Below are positions 18,943 through 29,809 of a DNA stretch of 64,000 nucleotides, one piece after another (the stretch's first letter is position 1; the number at the start of each line of letters is the position of its first letter). The DNA is from an uncultured Desulfospira sp. (GTDB lineage: Bacteria; Desulfobacterota; Desulfobacteria; Desulfobacterales; Desulfobacteraceae), in assembly GCA_963663165.1 (NCBI GenBank), contig OY760175.1, forward strand, positions 2,368,001 through 2,432,000, written 5' to 3'. A program made the position numbers and the translations under genes. The notes beneath the pieces are model-generated. The model did no database searches and was not told the DNA's origin. It worked only from the letters and a program-made list of their open reading frames with translations.

Positions 18943-20718
18943 ATGTCATGCCCCATGGAAGATAAAAATATAACAAACGGGTTTGTGCGGCTGGCCGGAT
19001 TTGCCGCGCCTTTCCGGGGGCGGTATCTGGCATCGGCAGCCTGGGCCGTTCTCGGGGTGGCCTGTGCCATGATTCCCTATGCCGCCGTGTCGCAGGTCAT
19101 TATCAGGCTGGCACAAGGGCAGCGCTCTTTGGGCGGATATCTTGCCTGGTTTGCCCTGGCGGCACTGGGGTACCTGTGCAGGGTCTGGTTTCACGGTCTT
19201 TCCACCCGCATCTCCCATCTGGCCACCTTTGCCGTGATTTCACAAATCCGGCGCCGGATTGCGGCAAAGCTTGCCCGGGTGCCCATGGGATATATCCTGA
19301 ACACCCCATCGGGGCGGTTGAAAAACACCCTGGTGGAAAAGGCTGCGAGCATTGAGCCGGCCCTGTCCCATGTTCTGCCGGAAATGACCGCCAACCTCCT
19401 GATTCCCCTTGTTATTATTTCAACCATATTTTTCCTGGACTGGCGCATGGCCCTGATCAGCCTGATCACCCTGCCGGTGGGAGCCTTCTGCTTCATGATG
19501 ATGATGAAGGATTACCAGGACCAGTATGCCGGTTACATGGCTGCGGGCAAACAGATGAATGCCGCGGCCGTGGAATATATCAACGGCATTGAGGTGATCA
19601 AGACCTTTGGCGGGTCTGCCGCATCCCATAAAAAGTTTGCCCATGCCGTATCTGCCAATGCCGAGTACGGCGTGGCCTGGACAAAAAGCGTCCAGGGCTA
19701 TTTTGCCATGAGCATCGGGATCTGGCCGTCGGTGCTGATCGGGGTGCTGCCCCTAGGCTGCCTGTTTTTGCAGAACGGCTCGCTGAGCGCTTCAGTGTTC
19801 ATCACCATCATGATTCTGGCCCTGGGAATTTTTCCCTGCCTGCTCAGCATTCTGTTTTACCTGGATGACCTGGCAAAAATCGGCACCACCATGAACGATA
19901 TCGGTGACGTGCTGGACCAAAAGGAGCTGAAGCGGCCTGACGCCTTTGTTGTTCCGGGCCCCATGGACATTAAACTGTCCGGTGTCGGCTTTTCCTATGG
20001 CCGCACCCGTGTTCTGGACAATCTGTCCCTAGTGATCCCCCAGGGCCGGGTAACCGCCCTGGTGGGGCCGTCGGGCAGCGGCAAAAGCACCATCGCCCGG
20101 CTCATCACCTCTTTCTGGGATGTGGACAAAGGGGCTGTCACCATTGGCGGAACAGATGTAAAAAACATCCCTTTTGAGCAGCTGAACGGGTGGATCTCCT
20201 ATGTGGCCCAGGACAACTATCTTTTTGACACCACGGTTATGGAAAATATCCGCATGGGTGATCCAAAGGCTTCGGACCAGGCAGTGATGGATGCGGCAAA
20301 GGCGGCCGGATGCCATGGGTTTATCACGGCCCTTGAACAGGGGTATCACACCATGACCGGCGGGGGCGGCACCCGTCTTTCCGGAGGAGAGCGCCAGCGG
20401 ATCACCATTGCAAGGGCCATGCTGAAAAACGCCCCCGTGGTCATTCTTGATGAAGCCACCGCCTACGCAGACCCGGCAAATGAGGCCAGGCTCCAGCAGG
20501 CCATTGCAGGGCTTGTCAGGGGAAAAACCCTGATTGTCATTGCCCACCGTCTTTCCACCATCACAAATGCTGACCGGATCGTGGTGCTGAACCAGGGCCA
20601 AATCCAGGGTATCGGCACCCACAGGGAACTTTTATCCGGGTGCGGGCTTTACCGGCAGATGTGGCATGCCCATGTCAGTGTCAAAGATGAACCGGAAAAG
20701 GAGCTGTGCCGTGGTTGA
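18943..20718 (+). CDS. ABC transporter permease/ATPase, YbtP/IrtA-like
   Basis: TMD plus GPSGSGKS, LSGGERQR, LDEATAYADP; start may be 18955. Confidence 0.9.
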   Translation: MSCPMEDKNITNGFVRLAGFAAPFRGRYLASAAWAVLGVACAMIPYAAVSQVIIRLAQGQRSLGGYLAWFALAALGYLCRVWFHGLSTRISHLATFAVISQIRRRIAAKLARVPMGYILNTPSGRLKNTLVEKAASIEPALSHVLPEMTANLLIPLVIISTIFFLDWRMALISLITLPVGAFCFMMMMKDYQDQYAGYMAAGKQMNAAAVEYINGIEVIKTFGGSAASHKKFAHAVSANAEYGVAWTKSVQGYFAMSIGIWPSVLIGVLPLGCLFLQNGSLSASVFITIMILALGIFPCLLSILFYLDDLAKIGTTMNDIGDVLDQKELKRPDAFVVPGPMDIKLSGVGFSYGRTRVLDNLSLVIPQGRVTALVGPSGSGKSTIARLITSFWDVDKGAVTIGGTDVKNIPFEQLNGWISYVAQDNYLFDTTVMENIRMGDPKASDQAVMDAAKAAGCHGFITALEQGYHTMTGGGGTRLSGGERQRITIARAMLKNAPVVILDEATAYADPANEARLQQAIAGLVRGKTLIVIAHRLSTITNADRIVVLNQGQIQGIGTHRELLSGCGLYRQMWHAHVSVKDEPEKELCRG

Positions 20719-22441
20719 AACCATCGTTAAATTCTTTGCCTTTGCCGGCCCCCGCAAAAAGGATCTGTATAAAGCAATTGCCTGGTCGTTTGCCGATGCC
20801 TTTTTCCAGGGGCTGCAGATTGTGGCCCTGTATGTGGTGCTTAAAGACGTTGTTTCCCAGTCGGTTACACCGGCCACCGCCTGGATCAGCTTCGGGCTGA
20901 TGCTAACCGGCATGGCCGGGACCATTGCGGCCAAAGCCGCTTCAATGATTTTCCAGATCCAGGGCAGTTTTGCCATGTGCGCCGACCACAGAATCCGCAT
21001 GGCCGACCGCATGAGGTACATGCCCATGGGATATTTCAACAGCAACAGTTTAGGCCGGATCACCGCCACTGTCACCACCACCATGGAAGATATCCAGGAC
21101 ATGGCCTCCAATGTCCTTTGCCGGATTATTTCAGGCGTTGTGCACGGGGCCGTGATCACCCTGATACTGACGGCCATGGACCTTCGCATCGGCATGATCG
21201 CCCTTTCCGGGGAACTGATTTTCCTGGCGGCAAACAGGCAGATGCAGGCGTTGTTTAAAAAGATCTCCCCGGCCCGGATGGCGGCCAAAACAGCCCTTGT
21301 GGCCGCAGTCCTTGAGTATGTCCAGGGCATGGGCGTGGTCCGGTCGGTCCACCAGAGCGCCGAAGCCCGTAAAACCATAGACCGGTCCATAGCTGACTGT
21401 CAGAGGCAGAATGCCGCCCTGGAGCTTGCCTTTTTGCCGTTTTTTGCCGTGCAGACCCTGGTGCTGAAATTGACCAGCCTTGCCATGGCCCTTGCTGCCG
21501 TACTCTTTTATCTGAATTCAACCATGACCCTTCCCTTGTGCCTGCTCATACAGGTTAGCTCGTTTATTATCTTCAGCCAGATGGAATCCGCCGGCAGTGT
21601 GTCAGCCCTGCTCAGGACCATTGATCTTAGCCTGGACCAGGTGCAGCAGATATATCAGATCCCGGTGATGGATGAAACAGGCTGCAAGATCACACCGGAC
21701 AGCATGGATATCCGGGCGGAAAATCTGGTTTTTTCCTATGGCGGCAAACGGATCATTGATGATGTGGGGTTTGAAATTCCTGGGGGCCGGACCGTGGCCA
21801 TTGTGGGACCGTCCGGGGGCGGGAAAACCACATTGTGCAATCTCATCGCCCGGTTCTGGGACCCGGATTCCGGGGCGGTTTATCTTGGGGGGCACGATCT
21901 GACCAGTTATTCCCTGGACAGTCTGATGCCCCATTTTTCAATGGTGTTCCAGCGGGTCTATCTGTTCAACGACACCATTGGCAACAACATTGGCTTTGGC
22001 TGCCCGGGTGCAGGGCCTGCAGCTGTCCGGAAGGCTGCTGAAAAGGCCTGCTGCCATGAATTTATCAAAGCGTTGCCCCAGGGGTATGACACCCTGGTGG
22101 GAGAAGGCGGGGCCACTTTGTCCGGCGGGGAAAGGCAACGGATCAGTATTGCCCGGGCCATATTAAAAGATGCCCCGGTCATTATTCTTGACGAGGCCAC
22201 GGCCAATGTGGACCCGGAAAACGAATCCCTGCTCAGGGCCGCCATTGGGGAACTGACCCGGGACAAAACCGTGATCATGATCGCCCATAAACTTAAAACC
22301 GTGCGCCATGCCGACCGGATATGGGTCCTGGACAAAGGCCGGATCATTGAACAGGGCCCCCATGACCGGTTGATGGCCCAAGGCGGCCTTTATGCAGAAT
22401 TTATCGGTATAAGGGAAAAGTCGGCGGGATGGAAAATTTAA
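20711..22441 (+). CDS. ABC transporter permease/ATPase, YbtQ/IrtB-like
   Basis: TMD plus GPSGGGKT, LSGGERQR, LDEATANVDPENE; probable GTG start at 20711. Confidence 0.9.
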   Translation: MVETIVKFFAFAGPRKKDLYKAIAWSFADAFFQGLQIVALYVVLKDVVSQSVTPATAWISFGLMLTGMAGTIAAKAASMIFQIQGSFAMCADHRIRMADRMRYMPMGYFNSNSLGRITATVTTTMEDIQDMASNVLCRIISGVVHGAVITLILTAMDLRIGMIALSGELIFLAANRQMQALFKKISPARMAAKTALVAAVLEYVQGMGVVRSVHQSAEARKTIDRSIADCQRQNAALELAFLPFFAVQTLVLKLTSLAMALAAVLFYLNSTMTLPLCLLIQVSSFIIFSQMESAGSVSALLRTIDLSLDQVQQIYQIPVMDETGCKITPDSMDIRAENLVFSYGGKRIIDDVGFEIPGGRTVAIVGPSGGGKTTLCNLIARFWDPDSGAVYLGGHDLTSYSLDSLMPHFSMVFQRVYLFNDTIGNNIGFGCPGAGPAAVRKAAEKACCHEFIKALPQGYDTLVGEGGATLSGGERQRISIARAILKDAPVIILDEATANVDPENESLLRAAIGELTRDKTVIMIAHKLKTVRHADRIWVLDKGRIIEQGPHDRLMAQGGLYAEFIGIREKSAGWKI

Positions 22442-22540
22442 AACCTGTAAACCATAACAGGAGAGACCGTTTTTTTTATGTTTGAGTTAGGTTTTACTTA
22501 TCTTGTATTAAATGACATATAAAAAAAGAGGAGATGAAAG

Positions 22541-24598
22541 ATGAATTGCAGAACTTTTTGTATGATAATTGCAGCCGGTTTTGTGCTGCATACGGCCCCG
22601 GGGGCCAGGGCCGGGGAGTTGTCCGCCGGGGAGCCACCCGCCAAAGACCCCGTGGCCATAGAGTCCATTACGGTAACCGCCAATAAAACCGAGGAAAACG
22701 CCCAGGAAATCCCCATGAGCATCACGGTGATCGACGACATTGAGATCCAGGACCGCTCCATAGATACCACGGAACGGCTCTTCCAGCGCATGCCCAACAT
22801 GCACATGACCAAGATGGGGCCTGTGGGGCTCTCCCAGAACATTGCCGCAGTCAGGGGGATCTCATCGTTCATGACCGGCGGGGATGTGTTCGGCTTTTTT
22901 GTGGATGATGTATTTTACCCGTCTGCCGACATCAACCTCATGGATGTCGAGCGCATTGAAGTGTTAAGGGGCCCCCAGGGCACCCTGTATGGAAAAAACA
23001 CCGAGGCCGGTGTCATCAACATCATCACCAGAACCCCTGAAAATGACTGGGGCGGGGAGATATCCCTTTCCTATGGGAATTACGACACCTTTGAAACCGT
23101 GCTGGCCGGCGGCGGGGCCCTTGTTAGGGATAAGCTGTTCCTGCGCCTGGCCGGCCGGTACATGGGGTCTGACGGATATTTCACCAATACCGTGGACAAT
23201 GACGACACCGTGGATGAAAAAAAGAACTATGACGGGCGGCTCTCCCTGCGGTACCTGCCGGCCGACAACCTCACCGCAGACCTGAAGATCAACTGGCAGA
23301 AGTATGACTCAAACTATGCCGAGTTCACCACCTTTGACAGGGTCATGGACAACGACTTTGATATCAGCGTCAATGATCCCGGCCATGCGGACAAGGATTT
23401 TTCCAATGCCTCGTTAAAGATCGCCTGGGACATGGATACCGTCCGGCTGACCTCCATTACCACGGCCCTGGACAGTGATGCGGTCTATGGAAATGATATG
23501 GATTTCACTTCATATGATTTCTACCGGTTTGAGGCAGGCATGGACAGATCGCTGCTCACCCAGGAACTGCGGTTAAATTCGAGGTCCGGCAATGCCCTGA
23601 AATGGACGGCCGGGGCCTATTTTTTTTCAGGGCAGGATGACCAGAGCATTGTGTATGACATGGTGCCCTATAATGTGACGGCACAGCTTTACGGCAACAC
23701 CGACGCCACGGGTATGGCCGCCTTCGGCCAGGTTGACTACACCTTGAATAAATGGGTTTTCACCGCCGGATTACGGTATGAATACGAGGAAAAAACCTTT
23801 GATTATGAGTGGAAGGGCGGTGCCATGGTCGGTTATACCCCCTGTGCCGGTTCCACGGAAAAGGATTTTGATGCCCTGTTGCCCAAATTTGCCTTAACCT
23901 ACCATGCCACGGATCACTTCAGGCCCTATGCCAGCGTGACCAAAGGGTTTAAAAGCGGCGGGTTCAACTTAAGCACGGACCCCGGCGTGGCCTATGATGC
24001 GGAATACACCTGGAACTATGAGCTCGGATTTAAAAGTGAGCTTGCCGGCAACCGGGTCCAGTTCAATGCGGCCCTGTTTTATATTGACTGGAAGGATCTT
24101 CAGGTGGAACAGCCCTCCTATCCCGACTACATCGTAGAAAATGCGGCCCAGGCCACCAGCAAGGGCGTGGAGGTGGAAGTGATCCTTCGCCTTCTGGCAG
24201 GACTTGAGGTTTACGGTAGCCTGGGATATGTGGATGCCACCTTTGACGAATACACCAATGACGGGGTTGACTATTCAGGAAAGGATATCCCCAACGCCCC
24301 GTCCCATACCTACAGCCTGGGCGCAACATACCGTTTCCTTGACCACTGGATGGTCAATGCCGAACTCAACGGCACCGGCACCATCTATTACGAGGCAGAC
24401 AATGAAAAATCCCAGTCCAGCTACCGGATTGTGGATGTAAAGGCCGGATATGAGACAGACCGTTTTGATGTTTATGTATGGGCCAATAACCTGTTTGACC
24501 AGGCCTATGCCACCCGGGCCTTTGAGATGAGCGGGCAGTGGTGGGCCAGAAACGGGGACCCTTTGACCTTTGGGTTAACCTTCAGGTACAGATTCTGA
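22541..24598 (+). CDS. TonB-dependent receptor (FyuA/pesticin-receptor-like)
   Basis: Signal peptide, ESITVTANK TonB box, ERIEVLRGPQGTLYGKN, terminal YRF. Confidence 0.93.
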   Translation: MNCRTFCMIIAAGFVLHTAPGARAGELSAGEPPAKDPVAIESITVTANKTEENAQEIPMSITVIDDIEIQDRSIDTTERLFQRMPNMHMTKMGPVGLSQNIAAVRGISSFMTGGDVFGFFVDDVFYPSADINLMDVERIEVLRGPQGTLYGKNTEAGVINIITRTPENDWGGEISLSYGNYDTFETVLAGGGALVRDKLFLRLAGRYMGSDGYFTNTVDNDDTVDEKKNYDGRLSLRYLPADNLTADLKINWQKYDSNYAEFTTFDRVMDNDFDISVNDPGHADKDFSNASLKIAWDMDTVRLTSITTALDSDAVYGNDMDFTSYDFYRFEAGMDRSLLTQELRLNSRSGNALKWTAGAYFFSGQDDQSIVYDMVPYNVTAQLYGNTDATGMAAFGQVDYTLNKWVFTAGLRYEYEEKTFDYEWKGGAMVGYTPCAGSTEKDFDALLPKFALTYHATDHFRPYASVTKGFKSGGFNLSTDPGVAYDAEYTWNYELGFKSELAGNRVQFNAALFYIDWKDLQVEQPSYPDYIVENAAQATSKGVEVEVILRLLAGLEVYGSLGYVDATFDEYTNDGVDYSGKDIPNAPSHTYSLGATYRFLDHWMVNAELNGTGTIYYEADNEKSQSSYRIVDVKAGYETDRFDVYVWANNLFDQAYATRAFEMSGQWWARNGDPLTFGLTFRYRF

Positions 24599-24616
24599 TT
24601 TAATGATGGAACAGGA

Positions 24617-25216
24617 ATGAATAAAAAAACAAACGGGCTCAGTGTAAAAGATCTGGTGACCTGCGGGATTTTTTCAGCCCTATATATTGTCTTCATGTTC
24701 ATGGGGGGGCTTTTTTTCGCCCCCAATCCAATGCTGACCTTTTTAACGCCCATGGGCATGGCGCTGCTTACAGGCCCTGTGTACCTGCTGTTCGTCTCCA
24801 TGACCGGCAAACCCTTTGCCGTGACCCTTTTAGGGATTGTCACAGGAGGACTGGTCTTTGCCACAGGCATGTTCTGGCTGTGGGCCCTGGCCTGCCCGGT
24901 TCTGGCCTTTGGGGCCGATCTCATTGCAGGGTTGGGCAAATACCAAAGCAAAACACTGAATGTTATCTCCTTTCTGTTATACGCCCTGAACCCCATGGGC
25001 TCCTATGTCATGCTGCTCATCAACCCGGACGCCTATACCCGGTATCTCATGGGAAGGGGAACGGATCCGGCCTATATGAATACCATGCTGGCCCGGTTCA
25101 AGAGCTGGATGATTCCGGGAATGGCCGCGGGCACCCTGGTCTGTGCCGCCATAAGTGCACTTTTAGGGTGTTATCTGCTTAAAAAGCAGTTTGAAAGGGC
25201 CGGGATCACGCGATGA
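24617..25216 (+). CDS. ECF transporter S component, MptD/Trep_Strep-like
   Basis: LSVKDLVTCGIFSALY N-terminus, hydrophobic body, LLKKQFERAGI end; followed by T and A components. Confidence 0.85.
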   Translation: MNKKTNGLSVKDLVTCGIFSALYIVFMFMGGLFFAPNPMLTFLTPMGMALLTGPVYLLFVSMTGKPFAVTLLGIVTGGLVFATGMFWLWALACPVLAFGADLIAGLGKYQSKTLNVISFLLYALNPMGSYVMLLINPDAYTRYLMGRGTDPAYMNTMLARFKSWMIPGMAAGTLVCAAISALLGCYLLKKQFERAGITR

Positions 25217-25962
25217 CCCCTGCATTTTTCAAACACGGTGCCGCAAGATCCGGCCCAGGCCTTGACGGCAGGACCAAAATTGTGCTTCTTGTGTGGGCAA
25301 CGGTTCTGTCCGCTGCCTGCCCCGGTTCCGGCTACCAGATCGTGCTGTGTATTTCGGTGCTTGTGCTTGCCGCAATGTCCGGACTTGTCTCTTATTCGGC
25401 AAAAATTTTGCTTTTCTATGGTGCCGTACTCTTTTCCCAGCAGGCTGCCGCCCTTTTTCTGCAAGGCCCGGTTGCCCTTGTTTTTCTCTCTTTTTTCATG
25501 CTGGTCCAGAAACTTTTTCCCACCATTGTGCTTGGCACGCTTCTGGTTCAGACCACCCGGGTGTCGGAATTCATGTTTTCCCTGGAGTGGCTCGGCCTGC
25601 CCCGGGAACTGACCATTGCCGTTGCCGTGATGCTGCGGTACTTTCCCAGTGTCAAGCAAGATTTGGGGGCCATCAAAGATGCCATGCGCATGAGAGGGCT
25701 GTCTTTGTCTCTGGCAGGCTTTGTAAAAAATCCGCTTTTAACGGTGGAGTGCCTCTATGTGCCGGTGATGCTGTCCGCCTCCCGGCTGGCCGATGAATTG
25801 TCCGCAGCCAGTGCGGCAAGGGGAATTGAAACCCCGGGGAAGCGCACCTGTTTTTCAGTAAAGGGGTTTCACGGGTTTGACCTGTTCTGTGTTGTCCTGT
25901 TCTGCGGCCTGACCCTCCTGCTTTTTGTGCCCCTTTCCAAAGTCACCCGGGGGGTGCCGTGA
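25213..25962 (+). CDS. ECF transporter T component
   Basis: LDGRTK, AVMLRYFP, AMRMRG and AARG motifs. Confidence 0.9.
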   Translation: MTPAFFKHGAARSGPGLDGRTKIVLLVWATVLSAACPGSGYQIVLCISVLVLAAMSGLVSYSAKILLFYGAVLFSQQAAALFLQGPVALVFLSFFMLVQKLFPTIVLGTLLVQTTRVSEFMFSLEWLGLPRELTIAVAVMLRYFPSVKQDLGAIKDAMRMRGLSLSLAGFVKNPLLTVECLYVPVMLSASRLADELSAASAARGIETPGKRTCFSVKGFHGFDLFCVVLFCGLTLLLFVPLSKVTRGVP

Positions 25963-27389
25963 TCCAAATTGAAAATGCATCGTTCAGGTACACCCGCATG
26001 GACACGGGCGTCACCGATATCAGCCTTGCTGTAAGTCCCGGGGAATGCGTCCTTTTATGCGGTCCCAGCGGCTGCGGCAAAACCACGCTGACCCGCATGG
26101 TAAACGGGCTGATTCCCCATTTTTACCAGGGGGATTTTTCAGGCCGGGTCAAAGTGGCCGGCTTAAGCGTTGCAGACTCTCCGCTCCACCGGATTGCCGG
26201 TTGCGTAGGTTCGGTCTTCCAGAATCCCAGGACCCAGTTTTTTAATGTGGATACAGACGGCGAGATGGCATTCAGCCTTGAAAATGCCGGGGTCGATCCG
26301 GAAACCATTTGCCGGAAAATGGCCCGGACCACCAGGGACCTGAATCTTGAGCCCCTGCTCGGACGCAGCCTGTTTGAACTGTCCGGCGGCGAAAAACAGA
26401 AAATCGCCTTTGCATCGGCCTATGCATATTCCCCGTCAATTTTTGTCCTGGACGAACCTTCGGCCAACCTTGATTCGGACAGCATCCGCACCCTGAAAAA
26501 ATACCTGGCCCTGCTCAAAGCCCAGGGCAAAACCATCATTATTGCAGAACACCGGCTCTATTACCTCATGGGCCTTGCGGACCGGATCATTTACATGGCC
26601 TGCGGCACCATCAAAGCCAGGTATTCTTCTGATGAATTCATGGCCATTCCCGAAAAAGAACTTGCATCCATGGGGCTTCGCAGCAGAACACCGGGGGCGT
26701 ATCCCAAAAGTCTGTTTGCGCCCCACAACCAAAAAACGCAAAAAAAGCTTGTCATAGAGTCCATGAGCGCCCGATACAAAAAAGAACCTGTGATTGAAAA
26801 TATCAGTCTGACCGCCCGGTCCGGACAGATCATCGGACTTGTGGGCGGCAACGGTGCCGGCAAATCCACGTTTATCCGGACCCTGGCAGGCCTTCATAAA
26901 AAAGAGCGGTCCAGGATCACCTGGCAGGGCCGGCCGGTTTCAGCAAAAAAACGCCTTGCCGCCTCCTATCTGGTCATGCAGGACACAGGGTTTCAGCTCT
27001 TTGCCGAAAGCGTCACCCGGGAATGCATGTTCGGCCTGAAAAATCCGGATACCGGACTGATCAAGGAAACACTGGAAAATTTAGGCCTGGCCCCTTTGGG
27101 AAAGCGCCATCCCCACACCCTTTCCGGGGGCCAGAAACAGCGGCTGGCCATTGCTGCGGCCATGGCCTGCGGCAAAGAGATCCTTTTATTTGACGAACCC
27201 ACCTCCGGACTGGATTACGGCAGCATGATCCGGGTCAGGAACCTGTTTTACGATCTGGCCGCCCGGAACAAGCTGATTTTTGTGATTTCCCATGATGATG
27301 AATTCTTAGGAGCGGTCTGCTCACGCATTATCCGGCTCCACCAGGGCAGGATAGTAAAGGATTATATCTGCCCGGGAACTGATTTTTGA
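25959..27389 (+). CDS. ECF ATPase with two fused nucleotide-binding domains
   Basis: Two Walker A motifs (GPSGCGKT, GGNGAGKS) and two LSGG/DEP signatures. Confidence 0.92.
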   Translation: MIQIENASFRYTRMDTGVTDISLAVSPGECVLLCGPSGCGKTTLTRMVNGLIPHFYQGDFSGRVKVAGLSVADSPLHRIAGCVGSVFQNPRTQFFNVDTDGEMAFSLENAGVDPETICRKMARTTRDLNLEPLLGRSLFELSGGEKQKIAFASAYAYSPSIFVLDEPSANLDSDSIRTLKKYLALLKAQGKTIIIAEHRLYYLMGLADRIIYMACGTIKARYSSDEFMAIPEKELASMGLRSRTPGAYPKSLFAPHNQKTQKKLVIESMSARYKKEPVIENISLTARSGQIIGLVGGNGAGKSTFIRTLAGLHKKERSRITWQGRPVSAKKRLAASYLVMQDTGFQLFAESVTRECMFGLKNPDTGLIKETLENLGLAPLGKRHPHTLSGGQKQRLAIAAAMACGKEILLFDEPTSGLDYGSMIRVRNLFYDLAARNKLIFVISHDDEFLGAVCSRIIRLHQGRIVKDYICPGTDF

Positions 27390-27439
27390 AATCAGCCGAA
27401 CCGCCCTGGTACGTGATCCGTTGAAGAGAATTATCTGGT

Positions 27440-28384
27440 TCATTGCCTGAATACATCTCTCAGTGCGCCTGCTACGTGCTGGTTTGCCAGCCTGGCAACA
27501 TCAAACAGTGCGCCAAAAGAAAAAAAGCCGTGATACATGTTTTCATAGCAATGATAAAAGGTTCTGACGCCCGCGGCCCGTAATTTATGAGCATAAGTTT
27601 CCCCCTCATCCTTTAAAGGATCAAACTCGGCAGTAATAATATACGCCGGGGCCAGACCGGAGAAGTCCTTTTCCCTTAAAGGAGAAACAATCGGATCCGA
27701 CAGATTTCCATCTGCATATAATTCCCCCATGGTATATTTAACAATGTCTGTTTGGAGGAAAGTACTATGCTCAAGCCGGCTCCGGGTCTCACACGCCACA
27801 TCTACCACGGGATAAATCGGTATCTGGAGCAGCGGCTGCGGGGTCCCTTCCCGTTTGGCTTTATGGGTCACTGCACAGGTTAGATATCCTCCGCCGCTGT
27901 CACCGGCAATGGCAATCCTGTCCTGGTCTGCGCCAATCTCACTCCCGTTTTGCTGGAGATACCGTAAAACTGCGTAACAATCCTCTATGGCTGCCGGGCA
28001 TTTATGTTCCGGGGCCAGGCGGTACGCCGGTGCCAGGACAATACAATCTGCTTCCTGGGATAATACGGAGTTCTGACCATGGTAATCATCTGGAGACAGA
28101 AGGCATACCCCGCCTCCGTGGAAGTAGGCCAAGGCCGGCAAGGGCTGGTCAATTTTCCTCGGAACGTAAAGCTTACAACGGATTTCACCTTCTGGACCAG
28201 GAATGTAAATATCTTTCATCCTATGCAGATTCCTGACCGGCGGATCAATGGTTTTCCAGAATTCACTGTTCATGGATCTCCATTCTTTTATGGGGATATC
28301 TCTGGGGGAAGGCGCGTTTTCCATACCTTTCAGGAAAACATCCAGCCATGCATTCACCTGAGGATCTTTGCATCTCATCATCAT
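27440..28384 (-). CDS. HSL-family esterase/lipase
   Basis: HGGG, YRLAPEH, GDSGGG, DPLKDEG, HGF. Confidence 0.92.
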   Translation of the reverse strand: MMMRCKDPQVNAWLDVFLKGMENAPSPRDIPIKEWRSMNSEFWKTIDPPVRNLHRMKDIYIPGPEGEIRCKLYVPRKIDQPLPALAYFHGGGVCLLSPDDYHGQNSVLSQEADCIVLAPAYRLAPEHKCPAAIEDCYAVLRYLQQNGSEIGADQDRIAIAGDSGGGYLTCAVTHKAKREGTPQPLLQIPIYPVVDVACETRSRLEHSTFLQTDIVKYTMGELYADGNLSDPIVSPLREKDFSGLAPAYIITAEFDPLKDEGETYAHKLRAAGVRTFYHCYENMYHGFFSFGALFDVARLANQHVAGALRDVFRQ

Positions 28385-28639
28385 TATCCTTTTTAAAAAT
28401 TAAAAATTCAACATAGAATACTATATATCGGTTACCTGTGTGCTGTTGTGTACAATATATGGTATATGAAGTCAAACCAATTACCCTGGTTATCCGGAGA
28501 ACAACCTTTTTACCAGATCAAAAAGGAGAATGGCTTGTCTTTCATGCCATCCATTTAAGGGATAACACCTAATCCATCATACAGGCGGCCGGTCCGAATA
28601 TTGCGGTTCCCGTCATTCAGGGCAGGATAGCAACGGATT

Positions 28640-29614
28640 TTATTCCGGGAGAACAGGACAGATTGAGCGCGCCTGTTTAAGATAGGTGCCCGGGGTGGTG
28701 CCGTAATGCTGCCGGAACTGGCGGATAAAATGGGCGGTGTCGTGAAAGCCCAAAGCGTATGCGGTTTCATCCACATTCATCTGGCCTGTGGAAAGAAGGG
28801 TTGTGGCCTGGGCCATGCGGTACTGCCGCAGGTAGCCGAACACGGTGGTGCCGTATACCTGGCGAAATCCGCGCTTTAGTTTTGTGTCATTGAGACCGGC
28901 TTTCCGGGCAAGGGTTTTCAGGGTGGGTGGGGCGTCAGCTTCCCGGATCAGGATATCCCTGGCATGGCAGATTTTTGCCCGGTCCTGGCCTGAAAGGGCA
29001 TGGCCGGTATGGCCGGACTCCCCGGATTTCGCGGTTTCCCAGAGCAGGCGCAGGATCAGCTCCATGCTCTTGGCTTCAAGATAGCGGTTGTAAAAAGCGC
29101 CCTGGTAGTCGCAATTGTAAATCTGGTCCAGGATCATGCGGGCGGCAGGACTGATATCCAGGGCCAGGTTGAAGGGGGCCTGGTCCCTGTTTTCAAGGAC
29201 CCGGCCAAGTTTTTTGGGCACCTGGCTGACATCGTCCTGCAACAGCCCGCGCAATGTCCGGGGGGCAATGTACAGGTTGAGTACCCGAAAGGTCTGCCGG
29301 GCGTTCATCCGGGTCAGGCAGCGGCTTTCAGGGTTGAATGAGAGAACCGCTTTGCCCGGGCTGACATCAACCTGCTCTTTTTTTGAGGGGGACCGGGTCA
29401 TGGTGCCGGTGCCGCACCCTGACAAATGAAAGGCAAAGGCCAGGGGCGCCTGATCAATGTTAAACTCATTTTCTGCCGCAGTTTCGGACCGGATATCCAC
29501 AAACAGCACCTCAATGCCCGAAGGCAGGAAAACATGTTTGAGGCCCCGGGGGTCCAGGCGGCCAAAGGCCTTTAAAAAATTCCATGACGTATTCAATGCA
29601 ACTGCTGCCATCAT
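28640..29614 (-). CDS. AraC-family regulator, PchR/YbtA-like
   Basis: YLEAKSMEL, PPTLKTLARKAGLNDTKLKRGFRQVYGTTVFGYL; GAGGAG RBS before 29614. Confidence 0.92.
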   Translation of the reverse strand: MMAAVALNTSWNFLKAFGRLDPRGLKHVFLPSGIEVLFVDIRSETAAENEFNIDQAPLAFAFHLSGCGTGTMTRSPSKKEQVDVSPGKAVLSFNPESRCLTRMNARQTFRVLNLYIAPRTLRGLLQDDVSQVPKKLGRVLENRDQAPFNLALDISPAARMILDQIYNCDYQGAFYNRYLEAKSMELILRLLWETAKSGESGHTGHALSGQDRAKICHARDILIREADAPPTLKTLARKAGLNDTKLKRGFRQVYGTTVFGYLRQYRMAQATTLLSTGQMNVDETAYALGFHDTAHFIRQFRQHYGTTPGTYLKQARSICPVLPE

Positions 29615-29809
29615 CACTCTCCTCAATGCAGGATAGAAATAGCCCAGCATATTAGCTTTGTCAAACATTAATTTAAAAACATTACAAAGATGAAAAGCCA
29701 TAAAACTGCTCTCCAGATACCAATAAGATTCCTTTATTTACAATGACCACAGATGAATCCGGTTTAATATGGTCCTGAAACAAAAGTCGCATTTTAAAAA
29801 GGAGGCCAT

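Noticed and set aside
22442..22540. Cobalamin or other riboswitch upstream of the TonB receptors (also 31445-31668 and 51839-52001)
   Set aside because: Leaders are short or AT-rich and lack recognisable B12-box or TPP motifs
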